This document shows positions 46,632-58,141 of a stretch of DNA of 64,000 nt, piece by piece; the stretch's first letter is position 1; every line of letters begins with the position of its first letter. Position numbers and translations under genes: made by a program. This stretch comes from an uncultured delta proteobacterium (lineage in GTDB: Bacteria; Desulfobacterota; Desulfobacteria; Desulfobacterales; UBA2156): assembly GCA_963698465.1 (NCBI GenBank), contig CAVOQY010000008.1, positions 7,802 to 71,801 of the forward strand. Direction: 5' to 3'. The notes beneath the pieces are model-generated. The model was not told where the DNA came from. It did no database searches and was given only the letters and a program-made list of their open reading frames with translations.

Positions 46632-47303
46632 GTGCATCGAAAATTTCAAGACAAGCTGGAAAGGGCCCAAAGTGGGGATTCTCCCTACCGGGTGGCCGTC
46701 ACCGGGAGCGCCGGAACCGGCAAATCCATGGTGTGTCGGCGACTCGAACGCCTGGGCGTTCCGGTGATCGAGCTGGATACCCTGGCGAAAAAGGCGGTTG
46801 TATCCACCGGACCGGCCCTCAAGAAGATCGCCGCCCGTTTCGGGAAAAAGGTGCTGCATCCTGACGGCACCCTAAACCGCAAGGCCTTGCGAAGAATCGT
46901 CGTCCGGGATGCCGCCGCCCGACGCGACCTGGAAAAAATCGTTCACCCGGAAGTCAGGCGCCTTCTGAATCGGCGCTTGAACAAGATGAGGCGCCGTGAA
47001 ACGCCTTTCGTGGTGGTGGAAGTTCCTTTGCTTTTTGAAGCCAACATGGAAGATGCTTTCGATGCCGTTGTTTTGGTGATGGCCGAAGAACCGGTTCAAG
47101 CCAAGCGGCTTTCAGAAAGGGACCGGGTCTCTGAAAGGGAAGCCAGGCTGCTCATCAGAACCCAGATCCCCGATGAGCAGAAGGTTGAACGCTCCGATTT
47201 CGTGGTTCTCAATTCAGGCTCGGTGAAAAAGCTCAAAGAGGCCGTGGAACGCGTTTTTTTCGCTTTGAGTAAAAAATTTTCCGTAAATGCCGAAATCGCT
47301 TGA
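46632..47303 (+). CDS. coaE: Dephospho-CoA kinase
   Basis: P-loop is VAVTGSAGTGKSMV, followed by ...VVVEVPLLFE.... The start was set at GTG 46632, the nearest in-frame start upstream of the P-loop, and is uncertain. Confidence 0.75.
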   Translation: MHRKFQDKLERAQSGDSPYRVAVTGSAGTGKSMVCRRLERLGVPVIELDTLAKKAVVSTGPALKKIAARFGKKVLHPDGTLNRKALRRIVVRDAAARRDLEKIVHPEVRRLLNRRLNKMRRRETPFVVVEVPLLFEANMEDAFDAVVLVMAEEPVQAKRLSERDRVSEREARLLIRTQIPDEQKVERSDFVVLNSGSVKKLKEAVERVFFALSKKFSVNAEIA

Positions 47304-47328
47304 CAGGCCTGAAACCCTAGGGTAGAAA
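47300..47328 (+). promoter_or_regulatory. Sigma70-type promoter candidate for rho (TTGACA-17-TAGAAA), giving a leader of about 300 nt
   Basis: TTGACA at 47300-47305 overlaps the coaE stop. TAGAAA is at 47323-47328. Confidence 0.4.
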
Positions 47329-47634
47329 AATAAAAGAAACAGGGCAACAAACCCGCCTTTTAAAAGCATATTCGGTTAAAACTTCGATAGTCGACGATCA
47401 CAAGGACCAGGCCCCTCTATCATTACTGCAAATGGAATCCGTTCCAAACGCTTGAGCCGAGAAAGCCTTATTTAACGCCAAAGATCTATACCGCCGCGCC
47501 CATGACCTAATCCAGAGCTTGCCGTTGAGCGAAATCAGGGCTTTCAGCCACGCGACCGAATATCCTCCGACGAGATGAAACCGCCCGTAATGCCGGGACC
47601 CATGATAAACTTTTGGACAGTGAGGTAGTGCGCT

Positions 47635-48882
47635 ATGAACATTGTGGAATTAAAGGACAAAAAAATCAGCGAATTGGCCCAGTTGGCGAAGGAATACAAC
47701 ATCTCCGGTGCGGCGGGAATGCGCAAACAGGAGCTGATTTTCGGCTTGATTCAGGCCCAGGTGGAAAAGAACGGGATGATTTTCGGAGAGGGGACCCTGG
47801 AAATCCTGCCGGACGGGTTCGGTTTCTTACGGGCGCCCGATTCCAACTACCTGCCGGGTCCTGACGACATTTATGTTTCCCCTTCTCAGATCCGCCGTTT
47901 CAACTTGAAGACCGGGGATACGGTATCCGGCCAGATCCGCCAGCCCAAGGAATCGGAGCGGTATTTCGCCCTTCTCAAGGTGGAGTCCATCAATTTCGAG
48001 GACCCGGAAGCGACCCGGGACAAGATCCTCTTCGACAACCTCACCCCCCTGTACCCCAACCGCAAAAGCAACCTGGAGGTGGATTCCGAAAACTACTCCA
48101 TGCGGATCATGGACCTGCTGACGCCCATCGGTTTCGGGCAGCGCGGGCTCATCGTCTCCCCTCCCCGGTCCGGGAAGACCATGCTCCTCCAGAACATCGC
48201 CAACAGCATCACGACGAACCACAAGGAAATCTTCTTGATCGTGTTGCTCATCGACGAGCGTCCCGAGGAAGTCACCGACATGCAGCGTTCCGTGGACGGA
48301 GAGGTCATCAGTTCCACCTTCGACGAGCCGGCGGAGCGGCACGTCCAGGTGGCGGAGATGGTCATCGAGAAAGCCAAGCGGCTGGTGGAGCATAAAAAGG
48401 ATGTGGTCATCCTCCTGGACAGCATCACCCGGCTGGCCCGGGCCTACAACTCGGTGGTCCCGCCTTCCGGCAAGATTCTCTCCGGCGGGGTGGATTCCAA
48501 CGCCCTCCAGAGGCCCAAGCGGTTTTTCGGCGCGGCCAGAAATATCGAGGAGGGCGGGAGTCTCACCATCATCGCCACGGCCCTCATCGACACCGGAAGC
48601 CGAATGGATGAAGTCATCTTCGAGGAGTTCAAGGGGACCGGGAACATGGAACTGCAACTGGACCGGCGGATTGCAGACCGGCGGATTTTTCCCGCCATCG
48701 ACATCAACAAATCCGGGACCCGGAAAGAGGAGCTCCTCATGGACAACGCCACCTTGAACCGGGTTTGGATCCTCCGGAAACTCCTGTCCTCTCTCAACCC
48801 GGCGGACGCCCTCGAATTTTTACTTGAAAAAATGCGCGGAACGGAGAATAATAAAAAATTTCTGGCTTCAATGAATTCTTAA
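47635..48882 (+). CDS. rho: Transcription termination factor Rho
   Basis: 415 aa. Reads [23 protein letters not shown]...FGFLR...[15 protein letters not shown]... Confidence 0.95.
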   Translation: MNIVELKDKKISELAQLAKEYNISGAAGMRKQELIFGLIQAQVEKNGMIFGEGTLEILPDGFGFLRAPDSNYLPGPDDIYVSPSQIRRFNLKTGDTVSGQIRQPKESERYFALLKVESINFEDPEATRDKILFDNLTPLYPNRKSNLEVDSENYSMRIMDLLTPIGFGQRGLIVSPPRSGKTMLLQNIANSITTNHKEIFLIVLLIDERPEEVTDMQRSVDGEVISSTFDEPAERHVQVAEMVIEKAKRLVEHKKDVVILLDSITRLARAYNSVVPPSGKILSGGVDSNALQRPKRFFGAARNIEEGGSLTIIATALIDTGSRMDEVIFEEFKGTGNMELQLDRRIADRRIFPAIDINKSGTRKEELLMDNATLNRVWILRKLLSSLNPADALEFLLEKMRGTENNKKFLASMNS

Positions 48883-48916
48883 CCTTAACACCTGAAAGGA
48901 AGGAAACCCGGAAGCG

Positions 48917-49132
48917 ATGAAAGAAGGCATCCATCCCCAATATCACAAAACCACGGTGACCTGCGCGTGCGGAAACACCGTTGAAATCGGATCCACCCGG
49001 CCCGAAATCCGCGTGGAAATCTGTTCCAAGTGCCACCCGTTTTTCACCGGGAAACAGAAACTGGTGGACTCCGCCGGCCGAATCGAGCGGTTTCGCAAGA
49101 AATACGCTAAAATCCAGGAGCCACAGTCCTAA
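48917..49132 (+). CDS. rpmE: 50S ribosomal protein L31
   Basis: Reads [48 protein letters not shown]. Confidence 0.9.
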   Translation: MKEGIHPQYHKTTVTCACGNTVEIGSTRPEIRVEICSKCHPFFTGKQKLVDSAGRIERFRKKYAKIQEPQS

Positions 49133-49211
49133 ACCCGACCGAACCCCATTGCATCCTTTGAGCCCTTCTTTTTTCTAATTCCCTGAAGGCCGATCGCTCC
49201 GTCAAGGAACC

Positions 49212-50285
49212 ATGCTCGAGAAACTGCAAGGCGTTGAAGAGCGCTTTTCGTCCATTGAAAAACGGATGAGTGACCCCGCTGTCCTGCGCGACCGGGAGCA
49301 GTACCAGGCCTATGTCAAGGAGCACGCGGAACTGAACAAGGTCGTCACCCTCTATCGGGAGTACATCAGGACCCTCAAGGACATCGAAGACAGCACGGAA
49401 CTGCTGAAGGAAGAGGACCCGGAGATCCGCGAACTCGCGCGGGACGATATCGACAGGCTCCAATTCAAAAAGACGGATCTGGAAAACCGGATAAAAAAGC
49501 TTCTGGTTCCCAAAGACGCCAACGACGACAAGAACGTGATCATGGAGATCCGGGCCGGGACCGGGGGGGAGGAAGCGGCGCTGTTTGCGGGAGACCTGTT
49601 TAGGATGTACAACCGGTATGCCGAAAATCAGGGCTGGAGGGTCGACGTGATGAGCCACCATCCCACCGGAACCGGGGGCCTGAAAGAGATCATCGGCCTG
49701 ATCCAGGGGCAAGGCGCCTACAGCCGGCTGAAATACGAAAGCGGCACCCACCGGGTCCAGCGGGTCCCCGAGACCGAAACGCAAGGCCGGATCCACACTT
49801 CCGCGGTGACCGTCGCCGTTCTCCCCGAGGCCGAAGAGGTGGAGGTGACCATCGATCCCAACGAGCTTCGCGTGGATGTCTACCGGTCCGCCGGGCCCGG
49901 GGGGCAGTCGGTCAACACCACCGATTCGGCGGTGCGGATCACCCATCTGCCCACAGGCCTGGTGGTCATCTGCCAGGACGAAAAATCCCAGCTGAAGAAC
50001 AAGAACAAGGCGCTCAAGGTCCTCAGGGCACGGCTTCTCGACCGGATGATCCAGGAACAAAACGATAAGATCTCCGAAGAACGGAAGAGTCAGATCGGAA
50101 GCGGCGATCGCAGCGAACGGATCCGGACCTACAATTTTCCCCAGGGACGCGTGACAGATCATCGGATCGGACTCACCCTCTACCGCCTGGAAAGCATTTT
50201 GGAGGGCAATGTCGACCTTCTGGTGGACGAACTAATGACCTTCCACCAGGCCCAGGCCCTGCAGGAAGAAAAGACGCCCGCATAA
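49212..50285 (+). CDS. prfA: Peptide chain release factor 1
   Basis: 357 aa. GGQ motif is [14 protein letters not shown]1-type domain order. Confidence 0.95.
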   Translation: MLEKLQGVEERFSSIEKRMSDPAVLRDREQYQAYVKEHAELNKVVTLYREYIRTLKDIEDSTELLKEEDPEIRELARDDIDRLQFKKTDLENRIKKLLVPKDANDDKNVIMEIRAGTGGEEAALFAGDLFRMYNRYAENQGWRVDVMSHHPTGTGGLKEIIGLIQGQGAYSRLKYESGTHRVQRVPETETQGRIHTSAVTVAVLPEAEEVEVTIDPNELRVDVYRSAGPGGQSVNTTDSAVRITHLPTGLVVICQDEKSQLKNKNKALKVLRARLLDRMIQEQNDKISEERKSQIGSGDRSERIRTYNFPQGRVTDHRIGLTLYRLESILEGNVDLLVDELMTFHQAQALQEEKTPA

Positions 50286-50334
50286 CCCCTCTTTTTGGTC
50301 CGCAGCCGGGTTGTTTCCAATTTAAAAAGAAAAA

Positions 50335-51231
50335 ATGGTCTTGGATTCCCCAAAAGCCGAGCCTTGGACTGTTCTCGGCCTTCTCAACAAGGCAGGTGCC
50401 TATCTCAAGGCGCGCCGGGTGGAAAGCCCCCGAGCCTCGGCGGAGATCCTTTTGGCGCATGTTCTGGAATTGGAGCGGATTGCCCTTTACGTACGCTACG
50501 ATCAGCCGGTGACCGCCGAGGAGCTGGACCGTTTCAGGGAAGCCGTATCCAGGCGGGCCAAAGGCGAGCCTGCGGCTTACATCGTGGGTACCAAGGAGTT
50601 TTTCGGGATGCCGTTTTCCGTGAACCGGGACGTGCTGATCCCCCGGCCGGAGACCGAGCATTTGGTCGAGGCCGCCCTGAAACGGCTCCAGGGACCAGCG
50701 GGGCCGGAAGGGCGGTGGAAACGGGTCCTGGATCTGGGCACCGGAAGCGGCGCTATTGCCATCGCCCTGGCGATGCACGCTGAAAAAGCGAGTCTTTTTG
50801 CCTCCGATGCGTCCTTTTCGGCGCTTCGTCTGGCAAGGCAAAACGCCAAACGCCATGGACTCGGGGACCGGATCCGGTTTATCTGCGGCAAATGGTTCTC
50901 CCCGTTTCGGGGTACCGGTTGCGCATTCGACGTGATCCTCTCCAACCCGCCCTATGTGCCGGGAGACAGCATTCCGGGCCTCCAGCCGGAGATCGGGTAC
51001 GAACCCCGACAGGCCCTGGACGGCGGTCCCGACGGACTCGACGCGTTGCGCCGCATTCTCCTGGAGGCTTTTGCCTTCATGGCTCCTGGAGGGGTCTTGC
51101 TGATGGAGATCGGTTTTGACCAGAAAAGCGCCTTAGAAGCTTTGATTGAAAAAACCGGCAGATATAAAAATCCTTTTTTTATAAAAGATTACAGCGGGTT
51201 GTATAGAGTCGTCTCCCTGGACAAGGCTTAA
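50335..51231 (+). CDS. prmC: Release factor glutamine N5-methyltransferase PrmC (HemK)
   Basis: SAM motif is LDLGTGSGAIA. NPPY motif is ILSNPPYVP. It follows prfA. Confidence 0.85.
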   Translation: MVLDSPKAEPWTVLGLLNKAGAYLKARRVESPRASAEILLAHVLELERIALYVRYDQPVTAEELDRFREAVSRRAKGEPAAYIVGTKEFFGMPFSVNRDVLIPRPETEHLVEAALKRLQGPAGPEGRWKRVLDLGTGSGAIAIALAMHAEKASLFASDASFSALRLARQNAKRHGLGDRIRFICGKWFSPFRGTGCAFDVILSNPPYVPGDSIPGLQPEIGYEPRQALDGGPDGLDALRRILLEAFAFMAPGGVLLMEIGFDQKSALEALIEKTGRYKNPFFIKDYSGLYRVVSLDKA

Positions 51232-51262
51232 AGAGAAAACAGTCTCCTGTGCGAAAAAGCCC

Positions 51263-51291
51263 TTGCAAAAACCACGATGTTTTGTTAATAA
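51263..51291 (+). promoter_or_regulatory. Sigma70-type promoter candidate for rpsB-tsf (TTGCAA-17-TAATAA)
   Basis: TTGCAA at 51263-51268 and TAATAA at 51286-51291, giving a leader of about 110 nt before the rpsB ATG. Confidence 0.4.
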
Positions 51292-51405
51292 AGTCCGTTT
51301 TAAACACGCACGCCGGCGGACCTGCGTCCAGGTGCTTTCCAGGAGGGAAGTGGGAGGCGGGGTGGATGCCGGCGAAGGCAAAACCAAAAGGAAAAGGAGA
51401 AACCC

Positions 51406-52308
51406 ATGGCGTACGTTACGATGAAGGAACTCCTGGAAGCAGGAGTTCATTTCGGTCACCAGACCAAACGGTGGAACCCCAAGATGAAGCCTTACATCTT
51501 CGGTTCCAGAAACGGCATTTACATCGTCGACCTCCAGAAAACCGTTCACCTGTTCAAGCCCGCCTACGATTTCGTGGCCGACACCGTGTCGGAAGGCCGG
51601 TCCGTGCTCTTCGTGGGAACCAAGAAGCAGGCGCGGGAGTCCATCTACGAGGAGGCCAACCGCTGCGAGATGTTCTATGTCCACAACCGGTGGCTCGGCG
51701 GCATGCTGACCAATTTCCAGACCATCAAGCAGAGCATCGAGCGCCTGAACCATCTGAACACCATCATGAATGACGGTTCCATCAACCTGTTCCCCAAGAA
51801 GGAACGCCTGAAGCTGGAAAAGGAAAGAGTGAAGCTGGACAGCAACCTCGGGGGGATCCGGAACATGACGGGCCTTCCGGGAGCCATCTTCGTGGTGGAC
51901 ACCAAGAACGAGGCCATCGCCGTGAGGGAAGGGCGGCGTTTGGGGATTCCCATCGTGGCCATCGTGGATACCAATTGCGACCCGGACGAAGTCGACTACC
52001 TCATCCCCGGCAACGACGATGCCATCCGGGCTATCCGGCTGATCACCTCCCGGATCGCCGATGCCTGCATCGATGGCAAAGCCAGGCATCAGGAGAAGAT
52101 TCAGGCCCGGGCGGACAAGGCCGAGATGGAAGAACCCGTGGTCCCGACGGGCGCTGCGGAACTGAAGCCCGGTGAAAGAAAGGTCATCTCCGACGGCACC
52201 GACGGGCCTGTCATCGAAATCATCAAACGGACCACCGGAAAAGCCGTCCTGGAGCCGGAACCGCTTGCAGACCGGGAAACCGACGATTCGGAAGAGACAG
52301 GAGAATAA
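51406..52308 (+). CDS. rpsB: 30S ribosomal protein S2
   Basis: Reads [27 protein letters not shown].... Confidence 0.95.
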   Translation: MAYVTMKELLEAGVHFGHQTKRWNPKMKPYIFGSRNGIYIVDLQKTVHLFKPAYDFVADTVSEGRSVLFVGTKKQARESIYEEANRCEMFYVHNRWLGGMLTNFQTIKQSIERLNHLNTIMNDGSINLFPKKERLKLEKERVKLDSNLGGIRNMTGLPGAIFVVDTKNEAIAVREGRRLGIPIVAIVDTNCDPDEVDYLIPGNDDAIRAIRLITSRIADACIDGKARHQEKIQARADKAEMEEPVVPTGAAELKPGERKVISDGTDGPVIEIIKRTTGKAVLEPEPLADRETDDSEETGE

Positions 52309-52310
52309 GC

Positions 52311-52910
52311 ATGTCCACCATCAGCGCGTCAATGGTCAAGGAGCTCCGGGAGATGACCGGAGCGGGAATGATGGATTGTAAGGAGGCCCTCACCGAATGT
52401 GAGGGCGACCTGCAAAAATCCGTCGAATTTTTAAGGAAAAAGGGTCTGGCCACGGCCCAGAAGCGGGCGGGAAGGGCGACTTCGGCCGGCGTCATCTGCT
52501 CCTATATTCACATGGGCGGCAAGATCGGCGTCATGGTGGAAGTCAACTGCGAAACCGATTTCGTGGCTAAAAACGACGCCTTCCAGGAATTCGCCAAGAA
52601 CATCGCCATGCACGTTGCGGCCACCAACCCGGTGAGCGTCCGGCCCGAAGAGGTTCCCGAAGACGTCATTGCCAAGGAAAAAGAGATCTACAAGGCCCAG
52701 GCGGCCGAACTGGGGAAGCCGGCCCAGGTGGCTGAAAAGATCGCCGAGGGCAAGCTCAACAAGTTCTTCAAGGACAATTGCCTGATGACCCAGCCGTATG
52801 TTCGGGACCCCAATCTCACCGTGACGGACGTTCTCAACGACCTCATCGGCAAGATCGGGGAAAACATCACCGTGAAACGGTTTGTCCGTTACCAGCTGGG
52901 GGAAGAATAA
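52311..52910 (+). CDS. tsf: Elongation factor Ts
   Basis: Reads [27 protein letters not shown].... Confidence 0.95.
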   Translation: MSTISASMVKELREMTGAGMMDCKEALTECEGDLQKSVEFLRKKGLATAQKRAGRATSAGVICSYIHMGGKIGVMVEVNCETDFVAKNDAFQEFAKNIAMHVAATNPVSVRPEEVPEDVIAKEKEIYKAQAAELGKPAQVAEKIAEGKLNKFFKDNCLMTQPYVRDPNLTVTDVLNDLIGKIGENITVKRFVRYQLGEE

Positions 52911-52914
52911 GCCT

Positions 52915-53628
52915 ATGACGAAGCCGATGTACAAACGGCTCGTGCTCAAGCTGAGCGGTGAGGCCCTCATGGGAGACCAGGGGTTCGGGATCAGCCCGGA
53001 GATGCTGATCTATGTGGCCGAAGAAGTCCGGTCCATCTTCGATCTGGGGGTGGAAATCGCCCTCGTGGTGGGCGGGGGGAACTTCTTCCGGGGGAACGCC
53101 TTCAGCGCCCACGGCATGGACCGTGTCTCGGCGGACAAGATGGGGATGTTGGCCACGGTCATCAACAGCCTCGCCCTCCAGGACGCCCTGGAGAAGCGGG
53201 GGATGCAGACACGCGTCCAGACGGCCATCTCCATGCCGGAAGTGGCCGAGCCCTTCATCCTGAGAAGGGCCATCCGCCACCTGGAAAAAGGCAGGGCCGT
53301 GATTTTCGCCGCCGGCACCGGAAACCCCTATTTCACCACGGACACCGCCGCCGTGCTGAGGGCACAGGAGATCCATGCGGAGGTGCTGCTGAAGGCCACC
53401 AAGGTGGACGGCCTTTTCGATGCGGACCCGGCCAAGCACGAGGACGCCCGTTTTATCCAGGCCATTACCTACCACAAAATCCTGGAGAGGCAGCTCGGCA
53501 TCATGGACATGACGGCCATCTCCCTGGCCATGGACAACCGTCTGCCCCTGGTGGTTTTCAACCTGAAAGGCAAGGGAAATATCCGGAAGGTGGTTTGCGG
53601 GGAAAAGGTGGGGACCCGGATCACCTGA
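52915..53628 (+). CDS. pyrH: UMP kinase
   Basis: Taken from Met [18 protein letters not shown]...[10 protein letters not shown].... Confidence 0.9.
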   Translation: MTKPMYKRLVLKLSGEALMGDQGFGISPEMLIYVAEEVRSIFDLGVEIALVVGGGNFFRGNAFSAHGMDRVSADKMGMLATVINSLALQDALEKRGMQTRVQTAISMPEVAEPFILRRAIRHLEKGRAVIFAAGTGNPYFTTDTAAVLRAQEIHAEVLLKATKVDGLFDADPAKHEDARFIQAITYHKILERQLGIMDMTAISLAMDNRLPLVVFNLKGKGNIRKVVCGEKVGTRIT

Positions 53629-53734
53629 CCGATACGCAGGACCTTCGCTTTCCAGACAGGCTCCGGAAGGAGCATCAACAGCAACGCCCCCATCGATGGT
53701 TTGGCGGGGACCATCCAATTTCGGGAGAAAGACC

Positions 53735-54292
53735 ATGCTGGATGAAGTCTACGAGGAAACAAAAGAGCGGATGGGCAAGACCCATGTCGCCCTCAAGAAC
53801 GAATTGATGCGCATCCGGACGGGGAGGGCGTCTCTTACCCTCCTGGACGGGATCCGGGTGGACTATTACGGTACCAAAACGCCCCTGAACCAGGTGGCGA
53901 CGCTTTCGGTTCCGGAAAGCCGGCTCATCACGATTCAGCCGTGGGACGCCACCGTCATCAAAGAGATCGAAAAGGCCATCCTCAGATCCGATTTGGGCCT
54001 CACGCCGACTTCCGACGGGCGGATCATCCGGATCGCCATTCCCCCCCTCACCGAACAGCGGCGCAAGGAGCTTGTCAAGGCGGTGTCCAAATTGTGCGAG
54101 GAGTACAAGGTGGCCATCCGAAACATCCGGCGGGACTCCAACGAGCTGGTGAAAAGCCTGAAAAAGGACGGGGATATCTCCGAGGACGATGCTTTCCGGG
54201 CCCAGGGCGAAATCCAGAAGATCACGGACGAAGAGATCAAGCAGGTGGACGACGTGTACAAGGAAAAAGAGAAGGAGATCCTTGAATTCTGA
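53735..54292 (+). CDS. frr: Ribosome recycling factor
   Basis: Taken from Met MLDEVYEETKERMGKTHVALKNELMRIRTGRAS.... Confidence 0.9.
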   Translation: MLDEVYEETKERMGKTHVALKNELMRIRTGRASLTLLDGIRVDYYGTKTPLNQVATLSVPESRLITIQPWDATVIKEIEKAILRSDLGLTPTSDGRIIRIAIPPLTEQRRKELVKAVSKLCEEYKVAIRNIRRDSNELVKSLKKDGDISEDDAFRAQGEIQKITDEEIKQVDDVYKEKEKEILEF

Positions 54293-55034
54293 TCCCCCAG
54301 GCCCCGAATCCTTCTCCCTGCTCGACGCTGCGACCCTTCCCCGGCATGTGGCCATCATCATGGACGGCAACGGCCGCTGGGCCCGGAAGCGGATGCTCAA
54401 CCGTATCCGGGGGCACGAAAAGGGGGCCGACACCGTGCGCACCGTCGTGCGGACCAGCCGGGAAGCGGGCCTGTCCTACCTGACCCTTTATGCCTTTTCC
54501 ACGGAAAACTGGCAGCGCTCCGAAACGGAGGTCGCGGCCCTCATGGCCCTGCTGAAGCGGTTCTTGAAGTCCGAGCAGCAGGAAATGCTGGAAAACGGGA
54601 TCCGCCTCAACACCATCGGGCAGACCGGGCGCCTCCCTTCCGACGTCCGTTCGACCCTCGAAGAGGTCATGGAGACCACGGCGAGCAATTCGGAGATGGT
54701 CCTCAACCTGGCGCTGAGCTACGGGGGCAGGGCGGAGATCGTGGAGGCGGTCCGGGGCATCGCCGGAAAAATCCGAAGCGGGGCCCTGGACCCGGAAAAG
54801 ATCGACGAAGCCCTTTTCGCCGGGCATCTTTACACCGGCGGCATGCCGGACCCCGATCTCCTGATCCGGACCAGCGGCGAGATGCGGGTGAGCAATTTCC
54901 TCCTCTGGCAGATCGCCTACACCGAGATCTTCATCACTCCGACCTTGTGGCCGGACTTCTCCAAAGAAGAATATATCGAGATCCTCAGGGAATTCGGGCG
55001 CCGAGAGCGGCGCTTCGGCAAGGCGGAGGCCTGA
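54282..55034 (+). CDS. uppS: Undecaprenyl-diphosphate synthase (isoprenyl transferase)
   Basis: Reads LPRHVAIIMDGNGRWA...YAFSTENW.... No ATG is close upstream, so the start was set at TTG 54282, overlapping the frr stop. The start is uncertain. Confidence 0.85.
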   Translation: MNSDPPGPESFSLLDAATLPRHVAIIMDGNGRWARKRMLNRIRGHEKGADTVRTVVRTSREAGLSYLTLYAFSTENWQRSETEVAALMALLKRFLKSEQQEMLENGIRLNTIGQTGRLPSDVRSTLEEVMETTASNSEMVLNLALSYGGRAEIVEAVRGIAGKIRSGALDPEKIDEALFAGHLYTGGMPDPDLLIRTSGEMRVSNFLLWQIAYTEIFITPTLWPDFSKEEYIEILREFGRRERRFGKAEA

Positions 55035-55046
55035 TGGGGACTCCGG

Positions 55047-55886
55047 ATGCATAAGAAGCGCTGGATCACGGGTCTTGCGGCCCTCCCGTTTCTGGTGGGG
55101 CTGATTTCCTGGGGCGGAACGGCGCTTTTTGCGTGGGTGATCGCCGTGGTTTCCGTTTTGGGGGTAACCGAGTGTTTCAGGCTCCTTTTTCCCGGAGCGG
55201 CCGCCCAAGACGGAATCATGGAGCACCAGCCAGCGCCGCCGGGTTTGTCGATGCAAGTTCTGACCGGCATTGTCGGGCTTCTCATCGTCTACAGCGCCTT
55301 TAAGGGTGCAACGCAGTGGATGACCCTTTTGCTGGCGCTGAATCTCATTGCGTCGGGGGCTGTGGCCGTGACGCGCTTTTCCGGCGGAACCCGGGTGCTG
55401 GAGACGGTCTTCCGGCAGACGGCTGCCGTGGTTTATCTCCCGCTTTTTCTTTCCTGCCTGGTTTTCATCCGCAACGGCGAATCCGGGCCGGCCTGGATCT
55501 ATTTCCTGCTTTGCGTTGTCTTTGCCGGGGATATCGGCGCTTTTTATGTCGGTACCCATCTGGGAAGGCACAAGCTGAGCCCGGCCATCAGCCCGGGCAA
55601 GACCCTGGAGGGTGCCGCGGGGGGACTGGCTTCCAACCTGGTGGTGGGATTGGCGTTCAGGACCCTCTTTCTTCCGGAATTGCCCCTGGGCCTGACGGCG
55701 GTTTTTTGTCTCGCCGCGGGCCTGGCCGCCCAGCTGGGGGATCTTTTCGAGTCCATGCTCAAGCGCGCCGCCGGCGTCAAGGACTCGGGAGGGATCTTCC
55801 CGGGGCACGGGGGGCTGCTCGACCGCATCGACGCCCTGCTCTTCGCCGCGCCGGTGGGGTTTCTGTTCAAGGAATACCTGTTTTGA
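55047..55886 (+). CDS. cdsA: Phosphatidate cytidylyltransferase
   Basis: Signature: SMLKRAAGVKDSGGIFPGHGGLLDRID. Confidence 0.9.
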   Translation: MHKKRWITGLAALPFLVGLISWGGTALFAWVIAVVSVLGVTECFRLLFPGAAAQDGIMEHQPAPPGLSMQVLTGIVGLLIVYSAFKGATQWMTLLLALNLIASGAVAVTRFSGGTRVLETVFRQTAAVVYLPLFLSCLVFIRNGESGPAWIYFLLCVVFAGDIGAFYVGTHLGRHKLSPAISPGKTLEGAAGGLASNLVVGLAFRTLFLPELPLGLTAVFCLAAGLAAQLGDLFESMLKRAAGVKDSGGIFPGHGGLLDRIDALLFAAPVGFLFKEYLF

Positions 55887-57072
55887 TGAAACGGCTTTCC
55901 ATACTCGGGTCCACCGGCTCCATCGGGACCAACGCCCTTTCCATCGTCCGGATGTTCCCGCAGCGGTTCCAGGTGGTGGCCCTGGCCGCCAAGAACAACG
56001 CCGAAAAGCTGGCGGCACAGATCGAGGAATTCGCCCCAGAGCTTGCCGTGGTCTATGACGCTGCAACCGCCGAGGCGCTGAAGGCCGGAATCTCTCCGAA
56101 GGCGCGAACGCACATCCAGTGGGGCGAGGCGGCCTATGCGGCGGCGGCGTCCCACCCGGGCGCGGACACGGTGCTCACGGCCATGGTGGGCGCAGCCGGG
56201 CTCATGCCCACGCTTGCGGCCATCGAGGCCGGGAAAGACATCGCCCTGGCCAACAAGGAAACCCTGGTGATGGCGGGCCTGATCGTCATGGACGCGGCCG
56301 CCGGAAAGGGGTGCGCATCCTCCCCGTGGACAGCGAGCACAGCGCCATCTTCCAGTGCCTGTCGGGCCAGCGGCGGGAAGATCTGGAAAAGATCATCATC
56401 ACGGCTTCCGGGGGGCCCTTCGTCCGGAGGCCCTTTTCCGAATTTGCAAGCATCCGTCCCCAGGACGCCCTGAACCACCCCACCTGGGCCATGGGGAAGA
56501 AAATCAGCATCGATTCCTCCACCCTCATGAACAAGGGGCTCGAGGTGCTGGAAGCCCAGCATCTCTTCGGGGTCACGGCCAAGGAGGTGGAAGTCGTCAT
56601 CCACCCCCAGAGCGTGGTGCACTCCATGGTGGCCTACCGGGACGGGTCCGTCATCGCCCAGCTTTCGGTCCCGGACATGAAGGGGGCCATCGCCTACGCC
56701 CTCTCGCACCCCGAGCGGCTCCCCCTGAAGCAGCCGCCGCCGGCCTTCGACCGGATCGGGACGCTGAGCTTCGAGAAGCCGGACCTGGAGCGCTTTCCGT
56801 GCCTGGGCCTGGCCTATGCCGCTTCCGAGGCGGGCGGGACCCTGCCGGCCGTCCTCAATGCGGCCAACGAGGTGGCGGTGTTGGCCTTTTTAGAGGAAAG
56901 CATCGGCTTTACGGGCATTCCGGAGGTGATCGAAAAAACCCTCTCGGACCATCGGGTCGTTTCCGACCCCACCCTGCCGGACATCCTGGCGGCGGACCGC
57001 TGGGCGAGGGAGCGGGCAATAGAAGCGGTGCGGTCAAGCCGCAAGACCGCGCAATCGAGGAGTCATGAGTAA
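55886..57072 (+). CDS. dxr: 1-deoxy-D-xylulose-5-phosphate reductoisomerase; one frameshift at G-run 56308-56311
   Basis: N-terminal part reads MKRLSILGSTGSIGTNAL...ALANKETLVMAG. The C-terminal frame reads RILPVDSEHSAIFQCL...NHPTWAMGKKISIDSSTLMNKG. Adding one G restores GKGVRILPVDSEH. Confidence 0.9.
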
Positions 57073-58129
57073 TATCTTTGCATTTGTCGTCGTTTTGGGC
57101 GTGCTGATTTTTTTCCATGAACTGGGCCATTTCCTGATGGCCCGGATTTTCGGCGTCGGCGTGGAGAAGTTCAGCCTGGGCTTCGGGCCCAAGATCCTGG
57201 GCAAGACCTTCGGCATCACCGAATACCGCCTGTCGGCCGTCCCTTTGGGCGGCTACGTGAAAATGGTGGGCGAGGAGCCGGATGCCGAGATCGATCCGGC
57301 CGACATCCCCATCTCCTTCACCCACAAGCACGTCTTCAAGCGGATTCTCATCGTCGCGGCCGGGCCGGCGTTCAACCTGCTTTTGGCCGTCATCATCTTT
57401 TTTTCCATCTTCCAGGTATCCGGGATGTACATCCTCAAGCCCGTGGTGGGAAAGGTGACCCCGGGTTCCCCCGCCGAATCCGCCGGGTTCCAGCCCAAGG
57501 ACCAGGTGATGGCCATCGACGGACATGCCGTGTCCACCTGGGAGGAGATGGCCGAAATCATCTCCACCAGCGGCGGAAAGCAGCTGCAGGTCTCGGTGGG
57601 CCGGGAAGGGGCGGCGGCGGAGCTGACGGTGAAACCGGCGCTTTCCCCGTCCCGGACCCTTTTCGGGGAAGAGATAAAGCGCTACACCATCGGCATCGTG
57701 GCGGCCGGGGAGACCGGCGTGGTGGAGCTGGGCTTCTTCGGGGCGGTCCGGGAAAGCTTCGCACAGACCTATGCCGTGGCAGAGCTCACCGTGATGAGCA
57801 TCGTCAAGCTCATCCAGGGAACGCTCTCCGTGAAGACCCTGGGCGGGCCCATCATGATCGCCCAGATGGCCGGCGAGCAGGCCAAGGCCGGAGCTGAGGC
57901 GCTTATCTTTTTCATCGCGCTCATCAGCGTCAACCTGGCCGTCATCAACTTCCTGCCCATCCCGGTTTTGGACGGCGGGCACCTCATGTTTTTCGCCATC
58001 GAGGCGGTCATCGGAAAGCCGGTGAGCCTTAAGATGCGCGAGTACGCGCAGCGGGTCGGCATCTTCGTCCTGGTGTTGCTGATGATCTTCGTCTTTTACA
58101 ACGACATCGCCCGCATCCTGTTTTCCTGA
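57065..58129 (+). CDS. rseP: RIP metalloprotease RseP (site-2 protease)
   Basis: HExxH motif is FHELGHFLMA. A PDZ region is present. The C-terminal LDG motif is NFLPIPVLDGGH. Confidence 0.9.
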   Translation: MSNIFAFVVVLGVLIFFHELGHFLMARIFGVGVEKFSLGFGPKILGKTFGITEYRLSAVPLGGYVKMVGEEPDAEIDPADIPISFTHKHVFKRILIVAAGPAFNLLLAVIIFFSIFQVSGMYILKPVVGKVTPGSPAESAGFQPKDQVMAIDGHAVSTWEEMAEIISTSGGKQLQVSVGREGAAAELTVKPALSPSRTLFGEEIKRYTIGIVAAGETGVVELGFFGAVRESFAQTYAVAELTVMSIVKLIQGTLSVKTLGGPIMIAQMAGEQAKAGAEALIFFIALISVNLAVINFLPIPVLDGGHLMFFAIEAVIGKPVSLKMREYAQRVGIFVLVLLMIFVFYNDIARILFS

Positions 58130-58141
58130 GAAAGGCTCCAG

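Noticed and set aside
54237-56066. 609-aa minus-strand ORF
   Set aside because: It is the antisense shadow of uppS, cdsA and dxr. It is Arg/Gly/Pro-rich.
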